From the NCBI GenBank assembly GCA_000320545.1, contig ADNK01000126.1, positions 1 to 56,714 of the forward strand: DNA of 56,714 bases. The letters are read 5' to 3'. Numbering within the stretch: position 1 is the stretch's first letter; each line of letters opens with the position of its first letter. Source of the stretch: Bigelowiella natans CCMP2755. Lineage: Eukaryota > Protista > Cercozoa. This document shows, one piece after another, positions 14,108-28,542 of the stretch. The notes beneath the pieces were generated by a model. That model searched no databases. It was not told the DNA's origin and worked only from the letters and a program-made list of their open reading frames with translations. The position numbers were made by a program, and so were the translations under genes.

Positions 14108-14830
14108 CATTGGAATTTTCACTTGTTCCCCCGACATGAAGTGCATGCACGTTTGCAAAAAATTCGCAAACGAAATCTGAACGCTCCACGCTCGTCGCAA
14201 GTTTGCACATGCACATGTGCAGATGATCAAATTCAATTTGATTCATCACATCCGTCTCACATGTGCGCAAATGAAGCAAATCGATTGCCGTCGATCATTG
14301 CAGGAAAAACAAATTTTGAGCATGAGTTGCACTTTTTTGTTCGCTCACATGCTGCCGCATGGCATCCGTCTCACATTCTGTTTCGCATTCACTCTCAGTG
14401 CTTCGTTGTCATTAGCGCTTTGCTAGCTTTGGTTTTGGACCTTGCTAGCTAGCTAGCATGCATGAGCATGTAAACATTTGTTTTTCTGGCATTTGTGATT
14501 TGTGCACATTCCAACAGGTGACACATTGTTAGCATGTGCACCTGCGAAATGCTGCTCTAATGCACCTGATGACGGCATGAGAAACATGCACATGTTACAG
14601 CAGCATGCTTGCGCTGCTCTCACATGAGTTGTCCACATCTGCTTGCCATCAAGCTAGCAAGGTGCAACTGTGTCACACACAACAAATGCACATCACATGC
14701 ATGATGTCAATTGTTTCGCAAAAAGCTAGAGAGGTGTACATGCTAGCATGCGGGAATTTGCAGGTGTTGCATTTTGGACACTGCTGCTTCGTTCATTCAC
14801 CCATTGAACAGATGCCTAGGTGCATCGGTG
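14108..14830. other. TpA-depleted, TG/CA- and CTAG-rich intergenic patch
   Basis: No TA at all in 14108-14412; about 14 TA in ~720 bp, 11 of them in TAG/CTA context (8 CTAG); CpG plentiful. Confidence 0.9.
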
Positions 14831-15746
14831 TGCTTATTGTCAATATTCATAGGACGTGAAACTTGTATGTTTTTGGTTGTTCAATCAAATACAACGTACA
14901 CGTCTAGACATGCATGGCATAACGGATGCAATGATTCGATTTATTTCCATACACATGAAAAAGCTCAACAACTACAGTACATTGTTGCCGTCGCTGTATC
15001 ATGCAAAAGTATGTAAACGAATGAAAAGTACAATGCGCTATGGTGCATCATTAAATTTCACCCTGTGAGTTTATCTTCATCAGATACCTTTCCTAAATAC
15101 TTAAGATAAATGATGCATTCTGGTTTCTTTCAACTCGTGATAAATAAATAGTTTCGTATACTAACTAATAGATCTCCGCATGGGTTACCATATAATTTCT
15201 ACATTTCTACTATTCATCCCTTGAAGATATTGTTACTTTTACTATTTCACTAAGACTAAAGGGTTTAAGAGTAATCCAAATTCATGATGTATCTAACATA
15301 ATAAAAGCTCTTACAACGCATTCATTTAGTATTGCATTAAGATGATAAGTGTTAGGAAGAGAAAAATGTGTATTGAAAGAAAGAAAATTAAGTATTTGTC
15401 TCTATTTTGTCCCAATAGACCAGTAATGCTTCCGATACATAACAGCACGGCCTTTCCCAATAGGACATGCGTTTAAGTAACTATGAAGATTACCTTTAAC
15501 CATGCTCGTGTTGAGTACTTTCATACTCCGACGACGACACACTCAGTGTCAATTCTACTTGCTAATAAAATACTATGATTCCATCTTCCGTATTGGGTCT
15601 ATTTTCCTCCGGCGTAAGCTGCCGATGGTACTAATATAGCTATAAAAATTATGGTATTGATGTTGGTATTAGACAAAAGTGATAGAGCTATCGGAGCTCA
15701 AAATCACTCTTCTATATGTGCGTGTTTTCATCCGATTCCGTAACAA

Positions 15747-18700
15747 CTAGCTGGCTTTCCTTCCAGGTTCCTTTTTAATGTCAACGGTAGCGATAGCAGG
15801 AGTGTTGGAACTGGCGGAATCGGATCCATTACCTCTGTCACAGGTACCATTAATCTTCTCCTCGCGTGCCGTTACTGTTGCTATACCTCTGTCCATCAGT
15901 GTGCGTACATGGGATGCACAGCAAGAGGCAAGCCCCGTAGCGTTGTAGCCACCTTCAAGAACACTAATGACACGTCCCTCGCAACTTGTAGCAGCTACAC
16001 GAAGAATGTTTTTTGTCACTAAGTCGTAATCCATTTCGCTTAATTGGAGAGAGTTTTTCTTGAGATCACTCTTGTGACCATCAAAACCAGCGGACATAAG
16101 CACAATTTGGGGCTGGAACTTGGCCAAGCGCTTGCTGATTATTTCAGAGCTCTCCACAAACTCTGTTGCATTCGTCACGGGAATATTCACAACATTCCAC
16201 GAGGAATGGTATTGGGTACTGCTTTTCGGGAATACATCCTCTCTATGAACAGAAATATACATGAAGGAAGCATCGTTCTTAAGAATCTCTTGAGTTCCAC
16301 TTCCATGGTGCATATCGAAATCGACAACAGCAATACGGTCTAGCTTGTACTTTCTCCTCGCGTAAATTGCACCAATTGCAACATTGTTGAAGAAGCAGAA
16401 TCCGTTTGGTTTGACCTTACAGGCGTGATGCCCAGGTGGACGGACAGCGCAAAATGCATTCCTTGCGCTACCCCTCATCACTGCGCTCACTCCACTGATG
16501 ACTGATCCTGCTGCAAAGAGAATGGCGCTTTTCGTTCCCTTAGAAATGGTAATATCATTGTGTGGAGGATCGAGAGAAATTTTTGGGAAAATGCCTGATT
16601 CACACATGTTGCACAATTTGAGTATTGCTTCCACGTAGAAGGGTTCATGGGCTGCGACAAGGTCGTTCATAGATACAGGATACTCAGCACAATGCCATTC
16701 AAGCTCTCTAAATTCAGGTGCTGAAAGACTCTTGAGCACAGACCGGAGCCGGCTGCTTGACTAAGAGAATTGAATATCACAATATTAATGATCAAATATC
16801 TCGAAAGGAGATTTTGTGTTGGAAAAAGATTTTTATTCTAAAAGGGTCGCTCACCTCAAAATGGCCGTTGTTTGTTGCATGCTCCAAGCAAGCTGGGTGG
16901 CTGACGAGTAGAGTCTTACGACTATGACGACTTCTTTGGATGGTTTCTGTTTGTATCGAGACAGAAACGGAGTGCTTGATCTCTCCGTGGAAGGTTTCTT
17001 TCAACCCCTTAAAATCATCACTCCACTTGCGATGGGAGCCCAAATGTTGCATCAGTAACTCGTCCTCATAGCTATTGTGCATTGGAAAGAAGGACGTAGA
17101 ACGCCCGTTCGAAGAAGTCCTGCTGCCACTACTCTCGCTGCCAGTGGTGGGATCGGAATTCTGTTCCGAAGAGTTTTCTTTCGCTCTTTGCCTCTCATGC
17201 TGCCATGCCCTCTCCACTGAGGGATAGACGTAGCCTTCTGCATTGGAAAAGCCACTGTGATCCCCATCAGAGGTTTTGATTTCAGACCATTCTAGACACA
17301 AAACGGAATATGCAATGTAACTAATGTATGTCAAATAGTTGAACTTTTGGAATAATCGAAGAATAGAAGAATCAAATTACCTGGGGGAATGTGATGTCTC
17401 CTGCCTGAGGAATTGTAGGTGTCAAATGAGCGCACACTTGGAATCAAGTTTGAACGTGGTAGAGGCATGGGAGGAGGCCGTGGGATACCACTTGTGCTTT
17501 TGAGCGTCAACGCATTCGAATTACGTGGAGAGGATGAGGGGGACCTCATTGACCCCTGACCAATATTCCCACTGCTATTGCTATCTGCGACTGATACAAT
17601 GGCAGGCATCGCAGATTGTCTGATTGTTCGCGCTGGTAGAGGTACTCCGTAACTACCGACAGCAGTTCGCTGGTGATTACGAGGCCTTCTCACACGATTA
17701 TCATATATCTCTCGTGCATTTCCAACATAGGGTGGTTGCCTGCCCATTGGATACGAAGGTCGGCTCGTCATCTTTGCTATTCTGATGGATGGATGGGCTT
17801 CGGTACTCATTGCACTCCTGGCTCCGGTCAGCGGTGGAGGGGGGGGGGCTGGGGTGTTCTGATATGAGTTTTGCTGCAAGCGATCAACGGTTGTCCCACT
17901 CGCGGGGACAAAGTCGGTAGAATTCTGACGGCGTCTATTCATCAGGTTTTGTAACGCACGATTACGACTTCTTTTCATGGAGTTATAGTAGTTCTTCAGA
18001 GCATTGTCTGTACGCCCTGGCATCAGCTTCGCAATATCTGTCCAACGGTTTCCATGCTTCTGGTGCAAAATCGCAAATATTTTTTTTTCCTCTGTGCTGA
18101 GAGGTCCCTTGCGTAGGCCTGGCATTAGATGATTCGTCCAGCGTTCACGACACTGTTTTCCGCTGCGGCCTGGCATCATCTTTGCAACTACTGACCAATT
18201 CCTGGCGCCATACTCTTCCACTAGGCGAACAAGATTGTTATTCTCGTCATCCGTCCAAGCCATTTTCCGAGCAGAGACTTTGAAGGTAGAATTATTTCTA
18301 TCCTCAGAGTTAGTAGCGGCATTTGATGTAGCAGCAGCAGGTGAAGGGGCTGGAGAAGGCTTTGATATTGACAGTCTACGCAGATTTTTCTTAGTATTTT
18401 TCCTGGGGTCTCTCTTCTCAACTTTTTTCTCCTCCTCCCTATTTTCCATATCTTCAATTCGTTCTTTCGCCCGTTTTTCTGTCATTTCTCCATCTGTCTC
18501 TATGATTAGTTCCTTTCCGTGCCTCTTGCTCGTTTCCTTTACTACTTCTCTTTCACGGGATTTGTCTTTCTTACCATGCGGGCTAGACTTGCCCTGACTC
18601 ATGGAAAGCAGGAGGCTGGTGAGATCTTTCGTCTGAGGTGATATACATCCCTTCCCAAGTGATCCATTGATGCTCTCTTCATGATCAGTCTCCATTTCCG

Positions 18701-18971
18701 CTCGGCTTATTCCCCGGCCACTCTGCTTCCGGCTTCGAATTAACTCAAGATCAAACCTAAGTGTTTCTTCAAGCATCTGATGCTTACTCTTTGGCGTATC
18801 GTGGTCGTTATTATAAAAGCCCATACTTTTGTAATGCTTATTAGTTCTAGGGGAGGAGTGCACAGCTGTACCATTGCCCCTTCTAACTTTACTCTTCCTC
18901 GAAGCCGCGGCTGCAATACGATGCAATCCACCGTCGCTTACTGTTCCTGGTCCGCCTCTACCCCTCTTCAT
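15747..18971 (-). CDS. R2R3-Myb DNA-binding domain fused to a class II-type histone deacetylase (exons 18971-17381, 17291-16855, 16760-15747)
   Basis: Myb repeats: WTDDENNNLVRLVEEYGARNWSVVAKMMPGRSGKQCRERWTNHL..LHQKHGNRWTDIAKLMPGRTDNALKNYYN. HDAC motifs: RPPGHHA, GFCFFNNVA, DFDMHHGSGTQ, SAGFDGH, LEGGY. Two GT-AG introns join the frames. A further short 3' exon cannot be excluded. Confidence 0.88.
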
Positions 18972-20589
18972 TTTTGAAGGGGTGGTACGACGTCTCAACC
19001 TCACAGAAATGATTCTTTGAGGAGCTTTATTGCTCCGAATACCACTGTTTGTTTTGTGTCGCGAAAACGATAGCTGGTGACTGATTGGAAGGCCTATCGT
19101 GTGTGCAAAGCGAGTTGATTCGAACAAATTGGAAATATGAAGATGTCGCCATTATTGTTTTTCTTTCAATTATTTGCCTATCTCTTCAACGAACTATCGC
19201 AGGTACCTTAACAAGCATTGCGTACGAAAGTGTATGTAAGAAATCGAAAATATTTGTACCTCCGAAGCGAACTCCTTTCGTTCGAGAATAGGTAGAAAGT
19301 CCTCTTCCCAAGTAAGAGGAGGAATAACGGTGAAGGCGGTGTAGTCGAAAAAGCTCCAGTTGTGACAGAGGGGTTAGGGACAGTCAATCTTTTCTTCTCT
19401 TTGACTATCTTTCTTTTCTCTCTCTCTCTTTCTTCCAACACGCTCGCACCACCCGCTGCTGGTACAACCAAATCTCAAACTATTCATTGGAGATTTTACC
19501 TGCTAAAAAGTTAAACGGAGGTCCTATTATTCATAATTCTCAAAAACAGGTTGTCTTTGTATAAAATTTTACCTAAATCTTCATAAACAATTCACATGGT
19601 GATCTTAAACATTTAGTTAGTATTTCGTTGTCATCATCATTCCAAAACTTACTACGAAAACGATGTTTAAATAGTTTCTAAGACATCCTATTGTAGCCAA
19701 AATCTCGAAATAGGGAGGTTGTTATCAGCCGTAAAATTATTCTGTCCTTCATTCAGTCCTGAAATCTCTTCTTTTTCTCTCCCAGAACTTACAAACTTGT
19801 CAGTTGCCAGCGGATGAGGGACGTTTTTAGTCGGTCTCACAAAGAAGGGTAGAAATATTTGGCAAAATTCATTGCTTTTTTCAAGTAAGATCCATTCGGT
19901 AGCATGTTTCCGGATTGACTTTCAGAAATAAGAAACAAGTTTTACATTGGTGTACTTCTAAAATTCAAAGACGTTGATTCAAGAAATGAGCAATAGTTCG
20001 TAAATATCACACAGAATTCAGTGATTAATTCGATGAACTGCTAACATGCAGACTCTCAAAACAGAAAAAGTCCGGAATCTCCAAAAATGACAGAATATGA
20101 GAACATTGCATGCATGCGTCTTCCCAAAAGGTGGTGAAATGTAACATCGAAATCAAGTCTACATCATTTTACCGAAAATCTATGTTGATTTGAAAAGTAG
20201 ATAAATTACTTTCTGTACCCGTATTTTCACAATATTGATACTTTAGACCAAGCATTATCGATAAAGGGAAAAGAACTGCGTTTTTAATGGAGGAAAAATC
20301 AATCTTAAAGAGCAGGCTGTGTTCGGGTTTTGGTTACAAACTGCAAAATTTCTGTTGCAGTTCTGTTATGTATGTGTGCATTTGCTGCCGCAACGCACAC
20401 CCAAGCACCTAAAACTCTCACTCAGCTCAAAGCTCAGATTTGTGGTTTACGAATGTGGTAAACAATTCAAGGAAAGCAAATGAAATCCTCGTCTCGAAAA
20501 AAAATGTCATTGTTTCTGTGAGAAGAACGCAAATAAGTTGCTCCAAAAAAATTATTTGTCTCTCTTAGAAGATGTCAACTTGCATTCAT

Positions 20590-21293
20590 TCAACCCGGTT
20601 ATTTCTTGAAAACGGGGATTTTTCCTCTTTAGATGTTTTGTTACAATCATGCGTTTCAAAAAAACGTGATGTCCAGGAGGAAACATCCGGAACTTGAGAC
20701 AAATAAATGAATTTTTTGTTTTTGAACGAAATATTTTTGCCCCATACGTTTAGATGCTCTTAAAATCCTTTGTGGATTTGAAAGAAGATGACCTCGAAAA
20801 CTGTCATTTTTTTCCTACAAAAATTGGTATTAAACGAACAACTCCCAACAAGAGTTTCGAAGGAGAGAGAAAAGAAGTTGTGTTTAAAAAACACGGGTGA
20901 AACATCTGTCTTCTACCTGAAGATGTAGGAGATGTCCCTACAGGCCTGCATCATTTCAGTACCTATCTAGGAGAATCGATGACGATGCGTTTCCAGAGAA
21001 TTCGAGGCCCATGGTAACGTTGCTTTGATTCGAAGCGACGATGCAAGCACATCATGTCAAAATTTTGCCGATTTTATTTTTACCGTACGAATGTCAAACT
21101 TCTTCGGCATCTGTCTCATATGTCTCTTCTCCTGGGTTTCTTGTAGGAATGCGCCAAATGTCTCTGTGTCTCTGTCGACAATCTCAGGTCCAATTTCATT
21201 GCATTTTTGTATTTCTTGGAGTAATCCCGGAAATACCTGCCGAGATTCCAGCAGAACAGCCTGGTTTTCACTTTCCTCGACACTACTTTTCAC
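20590..21293 (-). CDS. Possible multi-exon gene or relic of unknown function
   Basis: A 78-aa ORF contains a GTAAAA donor, and downstream GT-AG-bounded segments can be joined in frame (EKNDSFRGHLLSNPQRILRASK; LPDVSSWTSRFFETHDCNK). No recognisable domain, and the 3' end was not resolved. Confidence 0.3.
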
Positions 21294-21735
21294 ATCTTTG
21301 GTGTGATCGGTGGAGGATATTATTTGACAATTGGAAATTTAATTATGTCGCATTTGAATAATACATAGTATTTTGTTTCTTTCTAACATGTTTTCGTCGT
21401 TTTTAGGTTTGAAAGCGCCCCCGTTATCACTGCAGCATTTAGTCTCACGAAGACAACTAGGGGCTTAAGGTGGTGTGGTTGGTTATATTAAGGTTGGAAA
21501 TCGTGAGTGAGGAGGGGGGGGGGGTCTAAATGAAGATTGTGGTTGAACAAATGTAACAAATAAAAAGTGGAATCTCCGCAATTTCTTTTGGGTGCCTTTA
21601 GTTCTTAGAGTTGCGCCCCATGATTTCGGTGAGGTTTACTTATGCTACAAATATCAGGACTTTTCTCTGTTTCAGTGAAGAATTCCCTTAGAATAGCCCT
21701 TGCTCTGAAGAAAAAGAAGAGGAAGAAGACCTATC

Positions 21736-24700
21736 ATGGCGGCGACTGCAGGTGCCATCGTAGTGCTTGTCTTGGGTCTCCTGGCGGCAATCGCAGCCAC
21801 CGTTCTGTATTTTTGGTTTGGAAGCTGTAAGAGAGAAAATGACGGAGGGCATGAGCACATAAAGGAAATAAAAATGCAGACAAATGAGTACAAGATGAAG
21901 TATTCCGATCTAACGTTTGGGTCGCTTCTGGGCAAAGGGAACCAAGGTGAGGTTTTCCGCGCGAAGATTTGGTCGACTGCTGTGGCTGTCAAGAAGATCG
22001 ATTGTAGGAAGGTGGAGCCTGATATTATTGAAGAGTTTGTGCAGGAGGTCAATATTTGGCATCGACTTCGAAATCAGTTCATTACCAAGTTCATGGGAGT
22101 TTGTCTAGAGTACCCGCACTTATGCATTGTGACGGAGCTCGTGCATAGGGGAAGTCTATTCGGCTTATTACATGATGAAGATGCTGCTCTGACTTGGCCC
22201 AGGCGCTTGAGAATTGCATCTGATCTTGCTCGTGGTATGAACTATCTACATAATTTCGACATCAAAGATCGCATCATACATCGTGACCTCAAGAGTTTAA
22301 ATGTACTGATCACGAACGAATGGCGCGCAAAAGTTGCGGATTTCGGCATGACTCGATTCCAGGACAGCAAAAATGTTATGACCACATGTGGTACTCCATT
22401 ATGGATGGCGCCCGAAATCATTCGCAGAAAGGAATACAATTACAAGGTGGATGTGTACAGCTATGGTGTCGTCTTGTGGGAGATCTACACAAGGAAGATT
22501 CCGTACAAATCGCTCAAAATTCCAGCGAAATATCTAGTAAAAAAGGTGGCGATGGACAATCTAAGGCCGCGTATCCCTTCGGCTTGTCCGCAACTTTATG
22601 CAGATCTTATGCAACAGTGCTGGATGAAGAGCCCCAAAAACCGACCCCCTTTCTCTGAAGTTGTTCGAGTGTGCGAGGTACCATTTGCAGCTTCACAAAA
22701 CAAAATTGGAATGCAAAAATGTCGCAGAAATTGCCTAATAGAGCGATAATATCGCTGATTTTTGTCGTGTGGTACGATCATCGACATGCCATCAACCAAA
22801 AATAAGCGTGTTTAGTATCATCGGAATTTATCGAAGTGTTACTACGCATTACACCGTATTGTCTTCACTCATATTTTCAGCCGTCGTTCTCCCAATTGCT
22901 TGTCAGTATTCATTAACAGAAGATAATGTGCATCCCGGCAGGCAATGTTGAAGGATCCCGCGGTCACTGGACATCACCCCGGGAACGAAATTCAAGTAGC
23001 AAAAGCTGAAGATGAGGAACACAATTCAATCGTTGCTAACTTTGAGGTTGGCCAATGGCTGCTCTCCAAAAATGAGATATCATTAGGAGATCTTATCAGA
23101 GAAGACAATGGCATCAAGGTAATGCAACCGAATGATGATGTTGCTTCGGACACGCGACAACTACTCCTTTCTCCCCATGCATGTCTGTCGACGCACACAC
23201 CACGCATAATGCACATTGCTATCACCACATAATAGGTGTACAGAGGGAAGTTGAAGGAAGCTGATAATGTGAAAATCACAATTCTCCCAATGAAATCGAG
23301 CTCTTTGTCAAGTGCTGAGATGAAAAAACGCGTTGAAGCGGTATTTCATTATTCGTATTGTTCCGCCCCACGCTATGGCAACAGCAATGTCCATTGCATT
23401 GCATCGGCGCCCTGCCATTTCCCCCTTCCTCCCATTCATCCCCGTCGTCCCCCCTCCCTCTCTCTTCCCTTTTCCTTGCTCTCCTCCTCATCCATCCCAG
23501 CGGTCGGTCATCACATCATGTTCTTCCTTCCTTCTCTAAACAACAAATCCACGTTTTCTCCTTCTCACTTCTAGGAGCTGGATGAGATTTCTAACCTGAG
23601 GCATCCGCGACTCATGTTGTTTATGGCGGCTTACTTCCACGATGATCACGTGGGCGTTGTCACTGAGGACGTCCAGAGGGGCGATCTTAACTCGCTCCTT
23701 TTAGATAGCAAGACCGTCCTTGAGTGGGATACCATGCTGCAGATTCTTATCGACCTCTGCCAGGTATTATTATTATTATCATTATTTATTATTTTGAAAA
23801 GGAGAGTAGCAGCGACTGAAGAAGGCCGTATCTTCTTCTCTTTTTTTAATGAGGGGTAGCGTGTTGTGGTAGCTAATGGCAAAGATATTATTCGTTTTGC
23901 ATCTCCACTCCAGCTTCTCCCTCTCTCTCTCTCTCTCCTCTCTCCTCTCTCTCTCCCTCCCCCTCCCTCCCCCCCGTTGTCTGTCTACGTCCTTCCTTCT
24001 CTCCATTTAAGAATAACATAAGCCGTTTCTCGTTCTTGTTCTTAACCTGCTGTGATCCTTGTCATTTCATCAGGCGATGGCTTACCTGTATGGCCAACAG
24101 TACAGTCTTTGCAGCTTCAACCCCCTCCAAATCTATCTCACAGAGCACTGGAGGATAAAACTTGATATTGCGACAGTACTGGCGTCAGTGCAAGGTGCTA
24201 CCACACTACAATGATCTGCTACTGCTCATGATATGATGATGATGATGATGGTGATGATGATACCCTTCCGCATCCTCCTCTTCTCATTAATTGTTGTTCA
24301 TCATCTTCCCAGGCACTAGAAATGTGACGCTGTGGTCAGCTCCAGAAACTCTGGAGGATGCGAAAGCCAACGACGAGAAATCAGATATCTACAGTCTTGG
24401 TTCCTTTTAAACATCACACATGCACTCTGTCCCGTCCGCGAGTGTATTATTAGTAGATTTGACGTTGCTACATTCGGCACATGTGACGACGACGACGACG
24501 ACCACTCTCTCCTCTCGTATCATCATCTTCATCATCATCATCATCATTGTCATCATCATCATCATTGCCATCATCACAATATTCTCCTTTCCTTCTGCAG
24601 GCCTGATCATCTGGCAAATGCTCTCTCGCAAGACCCCATACGATGCGAAGGAAATGGACGAGAAGCTTGGGAAGCAGATTGTCAAGGGTGAGGTGAGCGT

Positions 24701-25152
24701 GCAGCCGCCTCCTGCCGCGACACCTCGCCTCGTAAATGTGATGGAAAAATGCACGTCGCTTGACCCCCAAGAGAGAGGGACGTTCGAGAGCGTTCTTGCG
24801 GAGCTCCAGGAGATAAAGGTACTGTAGCATGCTGTGGAAGCAAGACTCCTGTGTTGATGAATACTACCCGAAAGAGCGAGGGAGGAGAAAATCAGTGATG
24901 CCCCCTCCCTCAAGATTTTGCTTTTGTCCCTTTCCCCCCCTCCCCTTCCTTCTCCTCGCCCCATTGTCATCCTCCTCGTTATCATCATCAGAAATTCGGG
25001 CCTCCGAAGATTGTCGTAGACGAGAAAACTGCGAAGCGATACCACAAGACTGCAACGGTCTACGCCTTCCAAACGAAGGTAGTAAGTAGCATCGATAGTC
25101 ATTACTGCTCAACTCTAGCAATGCGAGTTGATTATCCATCGAAACGAGAATA

Positions 25153-25190
<38 letters not shown>

Positions 25191-26002
25191 CCAACCGATA
25201 TTCTCTTCATTCTCGTCTATTCTCCCCCCCCCCCCCCCCCCCCGTCTTCCTCCCTCAGGATGCATGCTCGGTTGAGAAAGAATGGGGCAAACAGAGTGGG
25301 AAGGATAATTGCTGGATTATCTGCAATCCGAGCGAGGACGATCTGTATCTCTGCGACCAAGAAGTCTTCGTCCGCAATTACGAGAAATTACCGGAGAAGA
25401 AAGGCACCACTCCGAACCAGTAAGGGAGAGAATCAAAGAATATATCAACAACACGCTAAGAGAAGAGAGGGAGATCATCTAGGCTTCTCTATCTCCATCA
25501 GCATTAGTCCACCATCTATTATCATCGAAATTTACTATGGATGACGTATTTTATTTATTCATCCATTCCTTCCTTCCATCGATCGACACGTCCTCCCATC
25601 GTACTACTACTACTCTACTTCTTACTTACTACCACTTCCTGCTGCTATCATCAAAGGTATCGAAAGGTGGGATCAGTATGGGCGCGCAAGATGGAGAAGC
25701 CCTTCGCTCTCAAAACTTCTGCCGACGGTGTTCAGTATGGCGTCGCAGGCGATTTTGTTGTCAGAGACGCCAAGAAAATGGACGGGGATCTGTGGGTGGT
25801 GGATCAGGTACTGCAACATCCATCAGATATGGCAGCGTGTTCATGATCGTGTACTCACTACCACTCGATTATTCTTGCACAATGTGATGCAGATGCTGAT
25901 GGTTTTTATGAATATATGAAGATGATATTCATTCATTCGTCGTTGTTTGAATCGCAGGCCACTTTTGAGAAAATTTACAGCTTGGACGCGAGCACAGCAT
26001 AA
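21736..26002 (+). CDS. Membrane-anchored TKL-family protein kinase with a second pseudokinase domain and C-terminal tandem PGDYG-like repeats
   Basis: N-terminal hydrophobic anchor AIVVLVLGLLAAIAATVLYFWF. Kinase 1 has GKGNQG, VAVKK, HRDLKSLN, DFG, GTPLWMAPE and DVYSYG. Spliced kinase 2 retains LRHPRL, WSAPE, SDIYSLG and PQER but lacks HRD/DFG. Last exon 25958-26002 reads ATFEKIYSLDASTA*. Confidence 0.88.
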
Positions 26003-26605
26003 GACATTACAAGAATGCCTGGCATTTGAGAACAATGTGCCGCTGATATGATAAAGGAAGTTGGGGAAAATATACACAAAAGTGATAAATTGTTTCGTAT
26101 ATAATTCCGTTAATCTAGGACCACTGCCAGATTCATACTGCATGGCGATATCTCGTTATCATCGTTTTATTGTTCAGTAGTACAGCGCGACTACATGATG
26201 GATGTATCATGTAACTTATAAATTATTAGCCGCGCCAGCATGGTTCATAGCATCAAGATATGTTTAGGCATTGTGTACGCAGCCATCGTCAAAGCCATCA
26301 ATCCAATTAGCTAGCTAGCTAGCTACGCTGAATTGCATCCACTTGTATTATAATTATGTGCTATTAAATTGAGCTGCATGTGTGCAATTACTGGCTAGCT
26401 GGACATGAACGTACATCGATTAACAAGTAAACGTAAGCTGAAGTTAGAGCTATTATTAATCATGATCCGAAGCAGCGTATAATATATGCTTTATAGCTTA
26501 AATGCTGCATGCAAGGAGCAAGACAGCTAGACAAGAAGATAGGCGGAGGCAAGGCCTTGCGTAAAATAAATATGTTTCGGCTCCCAGACGTGCTTCCTTT
26601 CTTCA

Positions 26606-28502
26606 TCACATTGACTTTGCCATCTCGCGCAGCTTGAACTTTTGGATTTTCCCTACATTCGTTTTCGGAAGCTCGCCAAACTGGATCACTTTTGGCACCT
26701 TAAAACCTGGAAGATTAGCTCGGCAGTGTTCCAGTATCTCTGCTTTCAATTCCTGAAAAGCAGATGCAATACAACACACATGTAAAAAGAACAAATGTTA
26801 GGGGCACTCGGCTATCCGTGATTGCATTATTCGCACGAACATCGCATGCACTTACTTCCAATTCCTTTTCTATGTGTGTGCCCGAACTCCCAGCGCCCGC
26901 CAATTCGATGAAGGCACAAGGGACCTCTCCCCATTTCTCGCACGGTTTGGCAACAACCGCACACCCGTTGACGCGCTCATGCTTGTAGAGGACGTTCTCC
27001 ACCTCGACACTAGAGACATTCTCCCCTCCTGATATTATGATGTCTTTACTTCTGTCCATGATTTTTACATAGCCATCAGGGTATGTAACGGCAAGATCCC
27101 CTGTGTGAAACCAGCCTCCCTTAAACGACTTCTTAGTCTCCTCGGGGTTCTTGAAGTAGCCTTTCATAACAACGTTACCACGCATGAAGATCTCTCCGAT
27201 TGATTCCCCATCTGGCTCGACAGGCTCCAATGTCTCTGGGTCGCCGACCATCAGTCCTTCAAGCATTGGGTATCTCACTCCTTGGCGCGCATTGAGATTG
27301 GCCTGTGTTTCCTCGCAGTGCTCCTTCCATTCATCCTTCTTCACGCAAACCGTGACGGGGCCATAAACTTCAGTGAGGCCGTACGTGTGTGTGACGTCAA
27401 TACCCATTTCTTCCATACGCTTAAGGATGATTGCGGGGGGAGGGGCAGCAGCTGTCATCATCTTGATGTTTTGATGGAAATCCCTACGATCTTCGGGTGT
27501 CGCATCAAGCAGCATCTGCATTATGATGGGCGCTCCGCAGAGATGAGTCACACCATGATCGGCAAAAGCATCGTATATGCCCTTGGCGGTCACCTTCCGC
27601 AGGCAAACATGCACGCCTCCGTGGGCTGTCACTGTCCAAGGAAAGCACCACCCATTACAGTGGAACATCGGCAACGTCCACAGATATCTAAAGCCCTGGT
27701 TGAGACCCCACACAAGGCTGTTAGAGGTCGCGTTCAAGAACGCTCCACGATGATGATACAACACGCCCTTTGGATTTCCGGTTGTTCCAGAAGTGTAGTT
27801 AAGTGCTAAAGTATCCCATTCGTCGTCAGGCCATGAGAACTCCATGGAGGGATCACCGCCAGCGAGCAGATCCTCGTAGGTGAGGGCGACATTGCTAAGA
27901 CGGTCCCCTTCGTAGCTGTCAGGAGATTCCGTATCTGCGACATCTACTACCTTTGGAATGTGTTTTCCTTGTTGCTTGAGGATATCCAATGCCTGCTTGA
28001 CAACTGGAGCGAACTCACAATCCGTCAGAAGAACCTATTTAATTATGAATTTATTTTCCCGCAGCCACCATTCCCAGAAGAGCTACGTACAAAATCTATT
28101 CCTATCCCACATCAGAGCATGTTCAACCGGCCGAGGAACGGGGAGGACCACATTACCTTGGTCTCCGCATGCTGAAGAATAAAGGCAATAGCCGCAGCAT
28201 CTAAACGGACGTTGATGGTGTTGAGAACACCCCCACTCATGGGAACACCATAGTGTGCCTCCACCATCTCGGGGGTGTTCGTCATAACAGCTGAGACTGT
28301 TTCACCCTTGCTTATTCCATGGGCACGGAGGGCAGACGCTAGGCGGCGACTTCGTTCTCCAAGCTCAGAATATGTGTATTGACGATCTCCGTGGATCACA
28401 GCTGGCGAATTCTCGAACACCTTTGCCGAGCGCTCCAGGAACGAGATGGGGCTTAGGGGAGTATGGTTCGCTGCGATCTGCATCAGGCGTACATTATATA
28501 TA

Positions 28503-28542
<40 letters not shown>

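Noticed and set aside
14108-14830. CpG-methylation decay or classical RIP as the cause of the TG/CA-rich patches
   Set aside because: CpG is plentiful in the patches (about 6 in 14161-14220 alone) and TpA, the RIP product, is what is missing.
14052-15068. Numerous overlapping Cys/His/Met-rich ORFs on both strands
   Set aside because: Expected by-product of TpA loss removing TAA/TAG stops and Tyr codons; no coherent domain or exon chain found.
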